A DNA stretch of 64,000 nt from Mobula hypostoma (GCF_963921235.1 NC_086097.1:155622001-155686000), one strand, 5' to 3'; shown: positions 13,194 to 26,688, counted from the stretch's first letter. The notes: generated from the sequence alone by a model not told the origin. Numbers and translations are program-made.

Positions 13194-13992
13194 CTAGAGA
13201 GATTTAGGCCAGTTAGAAGAGTGGGCTGAAATATGGCAGATGGAGTTTAATGCTGAAAAATGTGAGGTGCTACATTTTGGTAGGATTAATCAAAATAGGA
13301 CATACATGGTAAATGGTAGGGCATTGAAGAATGCTGTGGAACAGAGGGATCTAGGAATAATGGTGCATAGTTCCCTGAAGGTAGAATCTCATGTGGATAG
13401 GGTGGTGAAGAAAGCTTTTGGTATGCTGGCCTTTATTAATCTGAGTATTGAGTATAGGAGTTGGGATGTAGTGTTGAAATTGTATAAGGCATTGGTAAGG
13501 CCAAATTTGGAGTATTGTGTACAGTTCTGGTCACCGAATTATAGGAAAGATGTCAATAAAATTGAAAGAGTACAGAGGAGGTTTACTAAAATGTTGCCTG
13601 GGTTTCATCTCCTAAGTCACAGAGAAAGGTTGAACAAGTTAGGTCTTTATTCTTTGGAGCGTAGAAGGTTGAGAGGGGACTTGACAGAGGTGTTTAAAAT
13701 TATGAAGGGGATAGACAGAGTTGACATGGATAGGTTTTTCCATTGAGAATAGGGGAGATTCAAACAAGAGGACAGGTGGCTGTGTGGAACGAGCTTCCAG
13801 AAGAAAGTGAAATGGTTCAGGCAGGTTTGATGTTGTCGTTTAAAGTTAATTTGGATAGACATATGGACTTGAAGGGAATGGAGGGTTATGGACCGAGTGC
13901 AGGTTGGTGGGACTAGGTGAGAGTACGAGTTCGGCACGGACTAGAAGGGCCAAGATGGCCTGTTTCCGTGCTGTAATTGTTATATGGTTATA
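13194..13992 (+). mobile_element. CR1 LINE 3' fragment
   Basis: ORF 13240-13746 (MEFNAEKCEVLHFG...LEYCVQFWSP...RRRLRGDL), internal deletion near 13775, tail TTGTTATATGGTTATA. Confidence 0.92.
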
Positions 13993-16900
13993 AGTCAGAT
14001 GGCCTTCCTTTCTGTGAGATGCAAATATAATATATGATGACTAGGTGACTCTTGACCAGCTGTGTCTCAGTTTCTGAGTAGTAATAATATGTCTTAATAA
14101 TATGTCAATCAAAAATCTATTTTGATCCTTGCCCATCATATTGAGGAATATACATCTCCTGTAGAAACACATTGTACAGGACCTCTGGCAGTTCACTACT
14201 TAAATTTTATTTAAATGATATTATTGTGTTTCAACAATGTAAGCTTTACAACTTTCCAATCAGTTATAATCCACACTTGATATTAATGATGTACATGTTC
14301 AAATTCAAATTGGTTTATTGCCATATATGCCAAAGATCAATGACATTCTTTGTTTGCTTGAATCTCACATTGTACACAGAAGATTTGTTAATAAGATATA
14401 AAACAATAAATACAACACAAGCGCAGTATGGCAGGAGGGTGCAATGGTTGTTCTACAATTCTGAAGCTGCTCCAAAAGTGACAAGAATGGAATTACCAGG
14501 AGAGATAGAATTAAGAGTAAGAGGACATGGCACCATCACCTGGAAGGAAGTGTAAATGATTTGATTAGTTTAAAAATCGAATAGTAGTGGGGAATATCCT
14601 CCAGTTTTTAAGCTCATGTATCTTCTCCCAGAAGGCACAAGAGAGAAAAGAGAAAAGGGAAAAGGGAGGAGAGAATCCTTCTGTGAAATTCTCAGCATTA
14701 GCATTCTGCATACAAGTACTGAAAAGCCTCCAAAACATTTAGTTCAGCATATTTAGCAGTTTTCATTTCTGTATTTCAACAGGTTCTTCAGTTACAGTGG
14801 GATTTTCTGGAGTGGAAGTGTAAATTGCTCCCATTTGGCTGGCTGACGCTAAGTGACCGGCAAATTTTGGAACTAAGATTATTAGTTTATGGTGTTGAAT
14901 CTTTCTTTTTCAATCTTTTTTATTGAGTTTCAAATTGATAAACATAACAATGATCATGATACAAACAGATTGGGATTACATTAATAATAGTTAACATATA
15001 CAGGCACAGACTCCGAGTAACATATTTAATTTAAACCTCCCAATCTCTTAATAACTGAACATGAAAAAGAATCAAAAAAAGGTTTTTACCCCCTACACTA
15101 AAAAAACCAATGCAAAACAAAACAAAGACTGGGCTGCCATAGTTCATCGGTTAAGATCATTATTTGTCATTAACTCCACTCCTCTATACACAAACAAAAA
15201 GTTATTAAAAAAGATTTGGAAAGGGTCAACTTACATCATATGAAAATGTTGAATAAATGGCCTCCAAGTTTCTTCATATTTAACCGAAGGGTCAATGGTA
15301 CTACTCCTAATTTTTTCCAAATTTAAACATGTTATAGTCTGAGAAAACCATTGAAATGTAGTAGGGGGATTGGAATCTTTCCATTTAAATAAAATGGATC
15401 TTCTGGCTATTAATGTAACAAATGCAATCAAATGACAAGCTGAAGGGGATAAATGACTAAAGTCTATCATTGGTAATCCAAAAATCGCAGTAATAGGATG
15501 AGGTTGTAAATCAATATGCAAAACTACTGAAATAATATCAAAAATGTCTTTCCAATATTTTTCCAAAAGAGGGCAAGACCAGAACATATCTGTCAAGGAA
15601 GCTACCTCAGAATTACACCTGTCACAGACAGGATTTATATGACCATAAAAACGAGCTAACTTATCCTCAAACATACGGGCCCTATGAACCACCTTAACTT
15701 GTATCAAAACATTGAAGAAGTGTTGAGTGGTTGGAGAATTTTCTCCCATTTCTCTGTGGGTATGGATACTTGAAGTTCTCTTTCCCATTCAATCTTTCTT
15801 TTATCAGACATACCTAAACATATTTTCATAATTAAATCATAAACAATTGCTATTAAACTCTTCTGATGGGGTTTAAACCTAAAAAGTTTTCTGTAATTTC
15901 AGTTTGATGTGATATTGGAAAAGTAGGTAAAATAACCTTCAAAGAGTTTCTAATCTGTAACTATCTGAAAGAATGTGATCTAGGCAAATTATATTTATTA
16001 GACAACTGTTCAAATTTCCGTAAAAGAAAAGCTTGATCAGTTCTGGATGGTTGGAAGAAAAATTTGGGTATAATAGAACTTGATAAGATAAATTTATTCA
16101 GTCCAAAAAATTTACAAAATTGAAACCATACTTGTATTGTATGTTTAATTATTGGATTAATAGTTTGTTTATTTGGTTTAGTAAATGCAAAGGGAAGTGA
16201 AGCCCCTAAAATAGAAGCCAATGACAACCCCTGTACAGATTCGTACTCGAGGTTCACCCATCGTGGACGTTGAATTTCACCCAGATCTTGTGTCCAGAAT
16301 GTTAGGTATCGAATATTAATTGCCCAATAATAGAATCTAAAGTTTGGCAATGCCAAACCACCATCCTTTTTTGATATCTGTAATTATTTCTTACTTAATC
16401 TGGGATTTTTATTCTGCCATATATATGAAGAAATTTTCGAATCAATAATATCAAAAAAGGATATAGAGATGAAGATTGGTACCACTTGAAATAGATACAG
16501 AAATTTAGGTAAAATAATCATCTTAATAGCATTGATTCGACCAGTCAATGATAGGGTCAATGGGGACCATTTAGTAAGCAGTTGTTTAATATGATCAATT
16601 AAGGGTAAAAAGTTAACTTTAAATAGATCTTTATGCTTCTTAGTAATTCTAACACCCAAATAACTAAAATAATCAGTAACCTGTCAAAAACCTGTCAAAT
16701 CAGTAACCTGATTGTCTATAGATTGGAACTTGCATATTTAATGGAAAAAGCTCACTCTTATTAAGATTCAATTTATAACCAGAAAAACTACTAAACTGAG
16801 CAAGTAGTAATATTATTGCAGGAATGGATTTCTCCAGATTAGAGATACATAGTAACAGGTCATTTGCATATAATGATAACTTATGTGTCTCATTCCCACG

Positions 16901-17487
16901 AATAATGCCAAATATATTGGGTGAATCACAAAGAGTGATTGCCAAGAGCTCGAAGGCAATATCAAATAGTAAAGGGCTTAAAAGACAGCCCTGTCTAGTA
17001 CCTTGAAAAAGCCTAAAAAAGGGAGATCTCTGATTATTAGTAAGTACAGAAGCCAAAGGTATATGATATATCAATTTAATCCAAGATATGGATCTTGGGC
17101 TAAAATTAAATTTCTCAAAGATGTTAAATAAGTATTCCCATTCAACTCTGTCAAACGTCTTCTCGGCATCAAGTGAAATAACACAATCTGGAGTTTTAAA
17201 TGAAGAAGTAGAAACAATGTTCATCAACCTCCTAACATTAAAATACAAATAACGATTTTTAATAAATCCTGTCTCATCGTCAGAAACAATTTGTGGCAAT
17301 ACATTTTCAATCTAATTGCTAATATTTTGGAAAGAATTTTAGAGATCACATTTAACAAGGGTATAGGTCTATATGATGCACATTCAGTGGGGTCTTTACC
17401 TTTTTTAGGAATTAAAGAAATAGATGCTTCATAAAAAAATTGTGGTAATTTACCTACAGATAAGGCATCCTTAAAAATTTTACATAA

Positions 17488-20400
17488 TACCATGAGATAA
17501 AGGAGCAGAAGTCGGCCATTTGGCCCATCAAGTCTGCTCCACCATTTTATCATGAGCTGATCCATTCACCCATTTAGTCCCACCCCCGGCCTTCTCACCA
17601 TAACCTTTGATGCCCTGGCTACTCAGATACCAATCAGTCTCTACCTTAAATATACCCAATGTCTTGGCCTCCACTGCTGCCCGTGGCAACAAATTCCATA
17701 GATTCACCACCCTCTGGCTAAAAAAAATTATTCACATTTCTGTTCTGAATGGACGCCCTTCAATCCTTAAGTCATGCCCTCTCGTACTAGACTCCTGCAT
17801 CATGGGAAAAAACTTTGCCACATCCACCCTGTCCATGCCTTTCAACATTCGAAATGTTTCTATGAGGTCTCCCCTCATTCTTCTAAGCTCCAAGGAATCC
17901 AGTCCAAGAGCGGACAAACGTTCCTCATATGTTAACGCTCTCATTCCCGGAATTATTCTAGTGAACCTTCTCTGTACCCTCTCCAATGTCAGCACATCCT
18001 TTCTTAAATAAGGAGACCAAAACTGCCCACAGTACTCCAAGTGAGGTCTCACCAGCGCCTTATAGAGCCTCCTGCTCCTATACTCTATTCCTCTAGAAAT
18101 GAATGCCAACATTGCATTCGCCTTCTTCACAACCGATTCAACCTGAAGGTTAACCTTAAGGGTATCCTGTACAAGGACTCCCAAGTCCCGTTGCATCTCA
18201 GAACTTTGAATTCTTTCCCCATTTAAATAATAGTCTGCCCATTTATTTCTTCTGCCAAAGTGCATAACCATACACTTTCCAACGTTGTTTTCATTTGCCA
18301 CTTCTTTGCCCATTCTTCCAATCTATCCAAGTCTCTCTGCAGACTTTCTGTTTCCTCAGCACTACTGGCCCCTCCACCTATCTTTGTATCGTCAGCAAAC
18401 TTAGCCACAAAGCCATCTATTCCATAATCCAAATTGTTGATGTACAATGTAAAAAGAAGCGGCCCCAACACCGGCCCCTGTGGAACACCACTGGTAACCG
18501 GCAGCCAACCAGAATAGGATCCCTTTATTCCCACTCTCTGTTTCCTGCCAATCAGCCAACGCTTTATCCACGTATGTAACTTTCCCATAATTCCATGGGC
18601 TCTTATCTTGTTAAGTAGCCTCATGTGTGGCACCTTGTCAAAGGCCTTCTGAAAATCCAAATATACAACATCCACCGCATCTCCCTTGTCTAGCCTACTT
18701 GTAATTTCCTCAAAAAATTGTAATAGGTTTGTCAGGCAGAATTTTCCTTTCAGGAATCCATGCTGAGTTCTGCCTATCTTGTCATATGCCTCTAGGTACT
18801 CTGTAACCTCATCCTTGACAATCGACTCCAACAACTTCCCAACCACCAATGTCAAGCTAACGAGTCTATAATTTCCTTTTTGCTTCCTTGCCCCCTTCTT
18901 AAATAGCGGAGTGACATTTGCAATCTTCCAGTCCTCTGGAACAATGCCAGAATCTATCGACTTTTGAAAGATCAATGCTAATGCCTCCGCAATCTCCACA
19001 GCTACTTCCTTCAGAGCACGAGGGTGCATTCCATCTGGTCCGGGGGATTTATCTACCTTTAGACTATTCAGCTTCCTGAGTACTTTTTCTGTCATAATTG
19101 TGACTGCGCACACTTCTCTTCCCTGTCACCCTTGAGTGTTCGGTATACTGCTGATGTCTTCCTCAGTGAAGACTGATGCAAAATACTCGTTCAGTTCCTC
19201 CGCCATCTCCTTATCTCCCATTATAATTTCTCCAGCATCATTTTCTATCGGTCCTATATCTACTCTCACCTGTCTTTTACTCTTTATATACTTGAAAAAG
19301 CTTTTAGTATCCTCTTTGATATTATCCGCTAACTTCATTTCATAGTTAATCTTTTTCCTCTTAATGACTTTCTTAGTTTCCTTTTGTAAGCTTTTAAAAA
19401 CTTCCCAATCCTCTGTCTTCCCACTAATTTTTGCTTCCTTGTATGCCCTCTCCTTTGCTTTAACTTTGGCTTTGACTTCTCTTGTCAACCACGGTTGCAT
19501 CCTTTTTCCATTCGAAAATTTCTTCTTTTTTGGAATATACCTGTCTTGCACCTTCCTCACTTCTCGCATAAACTCCAGCCACTGCTACTCTGCCGTCCTT
19601 CCCTCCAGTGTCCCTTTCCAGTCAACCTTTGGCCAGATCCTCTCTCATGCCACTGTAATTTCCTTTACTCCACTGAAATACTGACACATTGGATTTCGTC
19701 TTCTCTTTTTCAAATTTCACAGTGAACTCAATCATGTTATGATCACTGCCTCCTAAGGGTTCCTTCACCTCAATCTCTCTAATCACCTCTGGTTCGTTAC
19801 ACAATACCCAATCCAGTACAGCCGATCCCCTAGTGGGCTCAACAACAAGCTGTTCTAAAAAGCCATCTCGAAGACATTCTACAAATTCTCTCTCTTGAGA
19901 TCCAGTGCCGACCTGATTTTCCCAATCCACTCGCATGTTAAAATCCCCCACAATTATCATAACACTGCCCTTCTGACAAGCCTTTTCTATTTCAGAGAAA
20001 CATAGAAACATAGAAAATAGGTGCAGGAGTAGGCCATTCGGCCCTTCGAGCCTGCACCGCCATTTATTATGATCATGGCTGATCATCCAACTCAGAACCC
20101 AGCCTTCCCTCCATACCCCCTGACCCCTGTAGCCACAAGGGCCATATCTAACTTCCTTTTAAACATAGCTAATGAACTGGCCTCAACAGTTTGCTGTGGC
20201 AGAGAATTCCACAGATTCACCACTCTCTGTGTGAAGAAGTTTTTCCTAACCTCGGTCCTAAAAGGCTTCCCCTCTATCCTCAAACTGTGACCCCTCGTTC
20301 TAGACCTCCCCAACATCGGGAACAATCTTCCCGCATCTAGCCTGTCCAATCCCTTTAGGATCTTATACGTTTCAATCAGATCCCCCCTCAATCTTCTAAA

Positions 20401-20864
20401 TTCCAACGAGTACAAGCCCAGTTCATCCAGTCTTTCTTCATATGAAAGACCTGCCATCCCAGGAATCAATCTGGTGAACCTTCTTTGTACTCCCTCTATG
20501 GCAAAGATGTCTTTCCTCAGATTAGGGGACCAAAACTGCACACAATACTCCAGGTGTGGTCTCACCAAGGCCTTGTACAACTGCAGTAGTACCTCCCTGC
20601 TCCTGTACTCGAATCCTCTCGCTATAAATGCCAGCATACCGTTCGCCTTTTTCACCGCCTGCTGTACCTGCATGCCCACTTTCAATGACTGGTGTATAAT
20701 GACCTGTTGTAATTTGTAGTCCACATCACTGCAGCTGTTTGGAGGCCTATAAATAACTGCCATCAGGGTCCTTTTACCCCTGCAATTTCTTAGCTGAACC
20801 CATAAAGATTCTGCACCTTCCGATCCTATATCACCTCTTTCTAATGATTTAATATAATTTCTTA
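17488..20864 (-). mobile_element. CR1 LINE inserted into L1 ORF2 (itself interrupted at 19994-20703)
   Basis: APE to RT to 3' UTR fragments (ORFs 19622-20086, 19126-19569, 18223-19113 with KFADD, 17732-18313). L1 reading SLVSPW|LCKIFKD is split exactly across it. Confidence 0.93.
19994..20703 (-). mobile_element. Young CR1 3' fragment nested in another CR1
   Basis: (TTTCTATG)n tail and uninterrupted C-terminal ORF; host reading KLQQ|EIEKACQKG is split across it. Confidence 0.95.
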
Positions 20865-23629
20865 CCAAGGAGAAACTAGACTTGAAAAAGATTTTAAAAA
20901 TTCTACTGTATACCCATCCAGGCCAGGTGCTTTACCATAATTCATCGAAGTAATTGCTTTCTTTATTTCTTCTTCCGTGATGGGTGCATCTAATGTTAAA
21001 CATTCATTAAGTGGTAATTTCAGAATATTCAATTTTCTTAAAAATTCAAGCATTGTGGTAGAATCTTCAGGAAATTCTGATTGGTATAAAGAGGTATAGA
21101 ATTCTTGAAAAGATTTATTAATTTCATCGTGATCAACCACAAAGTACCATCCTGTTTACGAACTTTAATAATCTGACATTTAGCCGAACCAGCTTTCAAT
21201 TGGTTGGCCAGTAATTTACCCGATATATCACCATGTATATAAAATTGACTCTTAGATTTAAGTAATTGATTTTCAATTGGGGATATTAATAACAAGCTGT
21301 GTTGCACCTGAAGTTCAACTCTCTTTTTGTAAAGCTCCAAATTAGGAGCAGCAGAATATTTTCTATCAATTTCTTTAATCTTATCAACTGATGTATGTAC
21401 TTCATTATTACTTTGTTTTTTCAATTCAGCAGAATATGAAATAATTTGCCCATGGATATGTAATTTAAAAGCATCCCATAATATCCCACTGGAAATTTCT
21501 TCTGTAAAATTAGTTGAGAAGAAAAAGGCAATATGTTCTTTAATAAAGTTAAAAAAATTTAAGTCCTGAAGCAGAATAGAATTGAACCACCATTGTCTTG
21601 CGCTGAAAATTACATCAGTTAATTTGATTGATAGTTTTCAGGGGCGCATGATCTGAGACAGCAATTGTATCATACTCACAGGCAGTAACAGATGAAACTA
21701 ATCAAGAGTCAATGAAAAAGTAATCAGTTCTGGAGTAATCATGATATGCATGAGAAAAGAATGAGAACTCTTTATTGTTAGGATGTAAAAACCTCCGAAC
21801 CTAAAATTCCTGTGTTAACTAAAAAGGAGTTAATAAAAATAGCGGATTTGTTTGGAAGTACCTGACTGGGTGCAGACCTGTCCATGGAGGGATTCAGGCA
21901 ACAGGTAAAATCTCTGCCCATTTTCAATGTATATTCATTTAAATTTGGAAGAGTTGCAAATAAATGCTTAAAAATTCAGGATAATTGGTGTTAGGTGCAT
22001 AGATATTAACCATAACAACTTTTTGGTTATAAAGTAAACCAGTAATTAACAGAAATCTACCATTTGGGTCTGAAGTTGTTTCATAGTGAACAAATGAAAT
22101 CGAGGAATCTATAAAAATTGAAACTTCTTTCACCTTAGCCTGTGAATTAGAGTAATTTTTTTTATATTTCCAAAACCTAAAAAATACGCTGATTATCCTC
22201 CTTCCTTACATGAGTCTCCTGGGCAAAGATAATCTGAGCATTCAACCTATGAAAAACTAAAAATCTTCTTCCGTTTAATCGGATGATTCAAACCATTCAT
22301 ATTCCATTAAACAAAATTAATAATATTATCCATTGTACTTGAATAAACCATATGGTGTGTAAAGGGTTAACCTTACTGAATAGGAAACTCATGAATCAGG
22401 AAGAGGGAAAAAGGTTTAAAGAGGAACCAGAAGTTATGACAATTCAGACATATTTGTAGTTTCAGATCAGCCCAGATAGAAAAAAAATCAAACGAAAAAT
22501 GCCCCACCCCCACCCAGAAAGACCCGAAAACTGGCCAATAGACAGCCAGATAACTAACTAGACACTTCCCTACCTCCATCTCTCTTGAAGGCCAGTCTCC
22601 GATGAAAAGGAATTCAAAATACCACCTGCTGTCATAACATTGAAAAGAGAATACCATAAAAAAAACCAAAACAAATGTTAAAAACAAAACATTTTGAAAG
22701 GCAAGATCTTGGAAAGTGAAACAGAATACATCTTATTAATATTTCAAGAAAGAAAAATCAATCACCAAATCAGACTCTTAATTATTTTCAAAAACAAAGA
22801 ATTGAAATAATAAAGTAAAATAATAAAGGGAGAGAAAAAAAGGAACTTTAACATAAAAGCATGATAATTATCCATACTCCAAAACAAGGTACAAGCATTG
22901 TCAAACGAAGAGCAAATTTCTTTAAACTTTAAAAGTCCAAATCTATGAACAGGTTATTAACTTATAAACAAGTGAATACAGACATGAAAAAAACAGTAAA
23001 TTTATTAGACATCAGAGCTCGAACTTTGATCCTCAAGAAATTGATATGCTTCGTCCATGGATTTAAACCATTTACACGATTTGTCAGGCAGAACAACCCT
23101 TAGGCGTGCTGGAAATAGCAGGGATTGTGGAAAATTTCTTTGATATAACTCAGTCATCACCATTTTAAAAAGCGATCTTTGTTGCATTAACTCAAGACTG
23201 TAGTCTTCAACCAGACAAAATTTGAGATCTCTATGTGCAATATTTCCGAAGAGCAATCGAATTAAATGCTCCTTAGTATGCACATAGTGAAATCCGAGTA
23301 TCACAGGTCGGAGTTTTAACTCTTTAGGGGGTTTAGCTCTTAAAGACCGGTGGGCACGATCAAGAAAAAAGCATCAGAGCCGAACACCTCCATTAAAAAT
23401 TGTGACCTACTCTATCTAGCACCCCCAAGAGAGTGATGGTGTTGAATCAAGTGAGACTATTACCTCGTGAGATAGCTGTCTGAACAAATATTTCACTTAA
23501 TGATTGGGTTCATTATATTTGCATAAATTTATGGATCGGTATAGCCCTGAGATGTTCATTTTAGCAATGTGTGTCAATAGCTTTGTCTACATGAGCCAAC
23601 AAATTAATGCCAATCTTTTGCATATATAC

Positions 23630-24213
23630 TGTGACCCTGAGATTCAGCCAGCATACATTTGTCTAGGGTAAGACAGCCTCTGGCCTAGCCAAACTGAGAA
23701 ATCTCATTTGTGTGGATGCTGTGTGATGTGTTGCCCGGTTACAAATCTGAGCTACCAAATATCAGACAGTACCCGCATGCAATTAAATGATTGAACTTTA
23801 TAAATTTTAATCTGACTATAGGGTTAGTAAAGAAAGCAACAAGAAAAAGGGCCCATTTTAATGAAACAGTCTAAAGTGCATGTTGGAGCTCACAGAATCG
23901 TCCCTTCATCCCCCATCGGCCTCCTCTGAGCGTCACTGACCCTTGGACCCTCGCTCCAAGTCCAGTCTGTCCAGCGGTCTACCAACTCTTTCCATTCACA
24001 TCTTCTCTTTTCATATCTCGCTGACAAAAGACCGCAAAATCCCTGCTCGCAAACCAGAAGAAAGAACAATATCCCTCTCATTGGCTAGCATACATTCCAA
24101 AGCACCCTCTAGTCATAACCCAAACATTGCTGCTACAGAGAAACCATTACCTCAGCAGTGAAACATTACAGAGAGGACATTACATTAGCAGTGAAATCTT
24201 ACAGCGTGTTACA
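23630..24213. mobile_element. Solo LTR (584 bp)
   Basis: TGTGAC...GTTACA termini; 4-bp TSD ATAC at 23626-23629 and 24214-24217; no coding sequence. Confidence 0.8.
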
Positions 24214-24216
24214 ATA

Positions 24217-24975
24217 CATTCAGTGGCCACTTTATTACATTACTCCTGTACCTAATAAAGCGGACACCGAGTGTATGTTCATCTCTTTGCATCTCAGTGG
24301 TATGCATCTCTGAATGCACAATATATCAAACCTTGAAGTAGATGGGTTATAGTAGCAGAAAACTATAGTTTTAGGGTTAAGGTTCGGGTGCTATAGCCCA
24401 TCCACTTCAAAGTTTGATGTGCTGTGCATTCAGAGATGTACACCACTGTTATAATGCATGGTTTACTTGAATTATTGTCACCATTGGTCAGTTTAAACTG
24501 TTTCAAGACAAATATTTCAGACGAAAACAACGGTGCATGTGCACCAACTTTAATCGTCTGCTCATGAGTGCATGTACAAGTATATCATAACAGAACCATT
24601 CTGGCCATTTTCCTTTGACCTCTCTCATTAACAAAGCATTTTCACCCACAGAATTGCTGCTCACTGGAGGTTCTTTTTTCTTTTGTTTTTGCACTGTTCT
24701 CTGCAAACTCTAGAGACTATTGTGAGTAAAAATCCCAGGAGATCAGCAGTTTTGGAGATACTCAAACCACTCTGTATGGCACCAACAACCATTCCACAAT
24801 CAAAGTCACATAGACATTTCTTCCTCATGCTGATGTTTGGTCTGAACAGTAACTGAACCTCTAAACCAAGTCTGCATGCTTTATGCATTGAGTTGCTGTC
24901 ACATGATTGAGTGGTAAGATATTTGCATTAAAGTGCAGGTGTATGGGTATATCTAATGAAGTGTCCGCTGAGTGT
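24217..24975 (-). mobile_element. Tc1/mariner-derived non-autonomous element
   Basis: TIR-like CATTCAGTGGCCACTTTATTA ... TAATGAAGTGTCCGCTGAGTGT; ORF 24661-24888 resembles the Tc1 transposase N-terminal HTH (DFDCGMVVGA...GLSISKTADLLGF...VSRV). Confidence 0.85.
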
Positions 24976-24979
24976 CTGA

Positions 24980-25345
24980 TAACTATAGAAAGATATAGAG
25001 AAGTTAAGTGGATAGACAAGGATTTGACAAATGGAGTATAAAGTGGGAACATTTGTAACTATCCATCTTGACAAGGAAAACTAAAAAAATGATAATTCTG
25101 ATCTAAATGTAGAGAAATAACAGAACTCCAAGAAGCAGAGGTAATTGTGATTCCAAGGATGTTATTCACAACATTCAAGTGCAGAAGGTAATTAGGAAAG
25201 TTAATTGAATGTTACAGTTTATTGAGATGTTATGTGTCTAGAAGTGGATAAAGTTATGAAATATGTAGATAGGGTAGTTAATTGGCATCTGTTTCCAGGA
25301 CAGGGGCGTCTAAAACTAGAGGACATAGATCTAAGATAAAAGGCA
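24980..25345 (+). mobile_element. Highly degenerate CR1 fragments
   Basis: Residual AATGGAGTATAAAGTGGGA and TCTAAAACTAGAGGACATAG (SKTRGH) motifs. Confidence 0.55.
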
Positions 25346-25816
25346 TAGCAGAGAGTGCAATACTTTACAGCATGTGGTTACTTGAGTTACTGTAACCTTC
25401 CTGTCAGCTTGAACCAGTCTGGTCATTCCACTCTGACTTCTCTAATTAACAAGGTGTATCCAACCACAGAACTGCCACTCTCTGGATCTTTCCTTTTTGT
25501 TTTTTGCACCATTCTTTGTAAACTCTAGTGTTTGTTGTGTGTGAACATCCCAGGAGATCAGCAGTTTCTGAGATATTCAAAGCACCAATCATCATTCCAC
25601 AACTATCAAACATCAACCATTAACAATTAATCCACAGTTAAAGTAATTTTGGTCACCTTTCTCCCCCATTCCAGTGTTCGGTCTGAACAACATCTGAACC
25701 TTTTGACCATGTTTGTATGCTTTTATGCATTGAGTTGCTGCCACATGATTGGCTAATGAGATATTTGCATTAATGAGCAAATGTGCAGCTACACCATAAA
25801 GTGGCCACTGAGTGCA
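25346..25816 (-). mobile_element. Second Tc1-derived element fragment
   Basis: Colinear similarity to 24440-24975; terminus TAAAGTGGCCACTGAGTGCA. Confidence 0.8.
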
Positions 25817-25919
25817 GTTTTTATAAGCAATTATTTATTTTTGTATCATAAAATCTATATTTTTAGCAGTATGACACTTTTTCAATTATGTTTGTATTCC
25901 AGCTAACTGATGAATAAGA

Positions 25920-26160
25920 CCAAAATAGTACCCAGGAAGAATTGAGCAGGCAAGCATTATTAAGGAACATCTTTTCAAATTGAGATCCTGTATCAGCAGT
26001 GTGGCAAAGCAGGAAAGGTAAACAGAGTATAGCTTTGTTTCAGGACTAGGGTTTAGGGTGGGGCTGAGGCTGGTTGGTAATAGGTGGAGTCAGAAGAGGA
26101 GTGGATGATGTGTAGATTGAACAATATAGAGGGAAAGTGTGGGGAAGCTAAAATGGAACC
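25920..26160 (-). mobile_element. Degenerate Penelope pLTR fragment
   Basis: Similar to the PLE terminus at 61319-61680 (GAATTGAGCAGGCAAGC...TTTCAAATTGAGATCCTGTATCAG, then purine-rich tract). Confidence 0.5.
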
Positions 26161-26472
26161 TGAAGGTGACTTTTTCAAGCTCATCTGTGAAACACCTTAA
26201 ATTCCTCTCTTTAATGTCTATTGTTTTTTCCTTTTCAATGTGGTTGGGGTCCTGTTGGAGTCAGTGATCGGCAGCTACACTCAAACTGCAGTTCCACAAG
26301 GCATTAGGTTCCTGATTCTGGAGCTCGCTGAGCAGCCTAGCGGTTTTACTGTCTCCAGGAGTGGCCTGGAAGAGATGTGCCTTTGGGTGTTGCACCCCCA
26401 GGAGTCCCCTGTGGATGACTCAGTTCATCGCCAGTTTTGCCAAATGGAACATCAGGGAGATCAGAATATCAA

Positions 26473-26688
26473 TGATGCACTATCAATAACTCTAAAAGAC
26501 TGGAAGGCTTTTATTAGCAGTAAAATGTGACCTCCACCATGCTGAGTATCTACCCCTGGACTGAGAGGAGGAGCAATGGTACAATCGCCTTTATTCAGGG
26601 GTCTGTGGGAAGAGCCACAGGAGCAGTCAGCAGAGGGGTGTGTCCAGACAGGTAACCCAGTTACAACATATATATATGGTTTACCACA
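26473..26688 (-). mobile_element. Short solo LTR (216 bp)
   Basis: TG...CA termini; 5-bp TSD ATCAA at 26468-26472 and 26689-26693; minus-strand AATAAA at 26510-26515. Confidence 0.85.

Larger units (their letters stand above)
14902..23435 (-). mobile_element. Fish-type L1 LINE (5'-truncated in ORF1), interrupted at 17488-20864 by nested CR1s
   Basis: ORF1 C-terminus (DRAHR...EDYS...LFPARLRV, ~23005-23380), APE start at ATG 22333 (WNMNGLNHPIKRKK), RT (SLDAEKTFDRVEW, GTRQGC, YAND), C-terminal CDRC...FWSC; A-rich tail at ~14902-14922; 13-bp TSD ATGGTGTTGAATC at 14889-14901 and 23436-23448. Confidence 0.93.

Noticed and set aside
20092..20868. 258-aa ORF as an intact protein
   Set aside because: In-frame chimera created by one CR1 inserting into another at 20703/20704.
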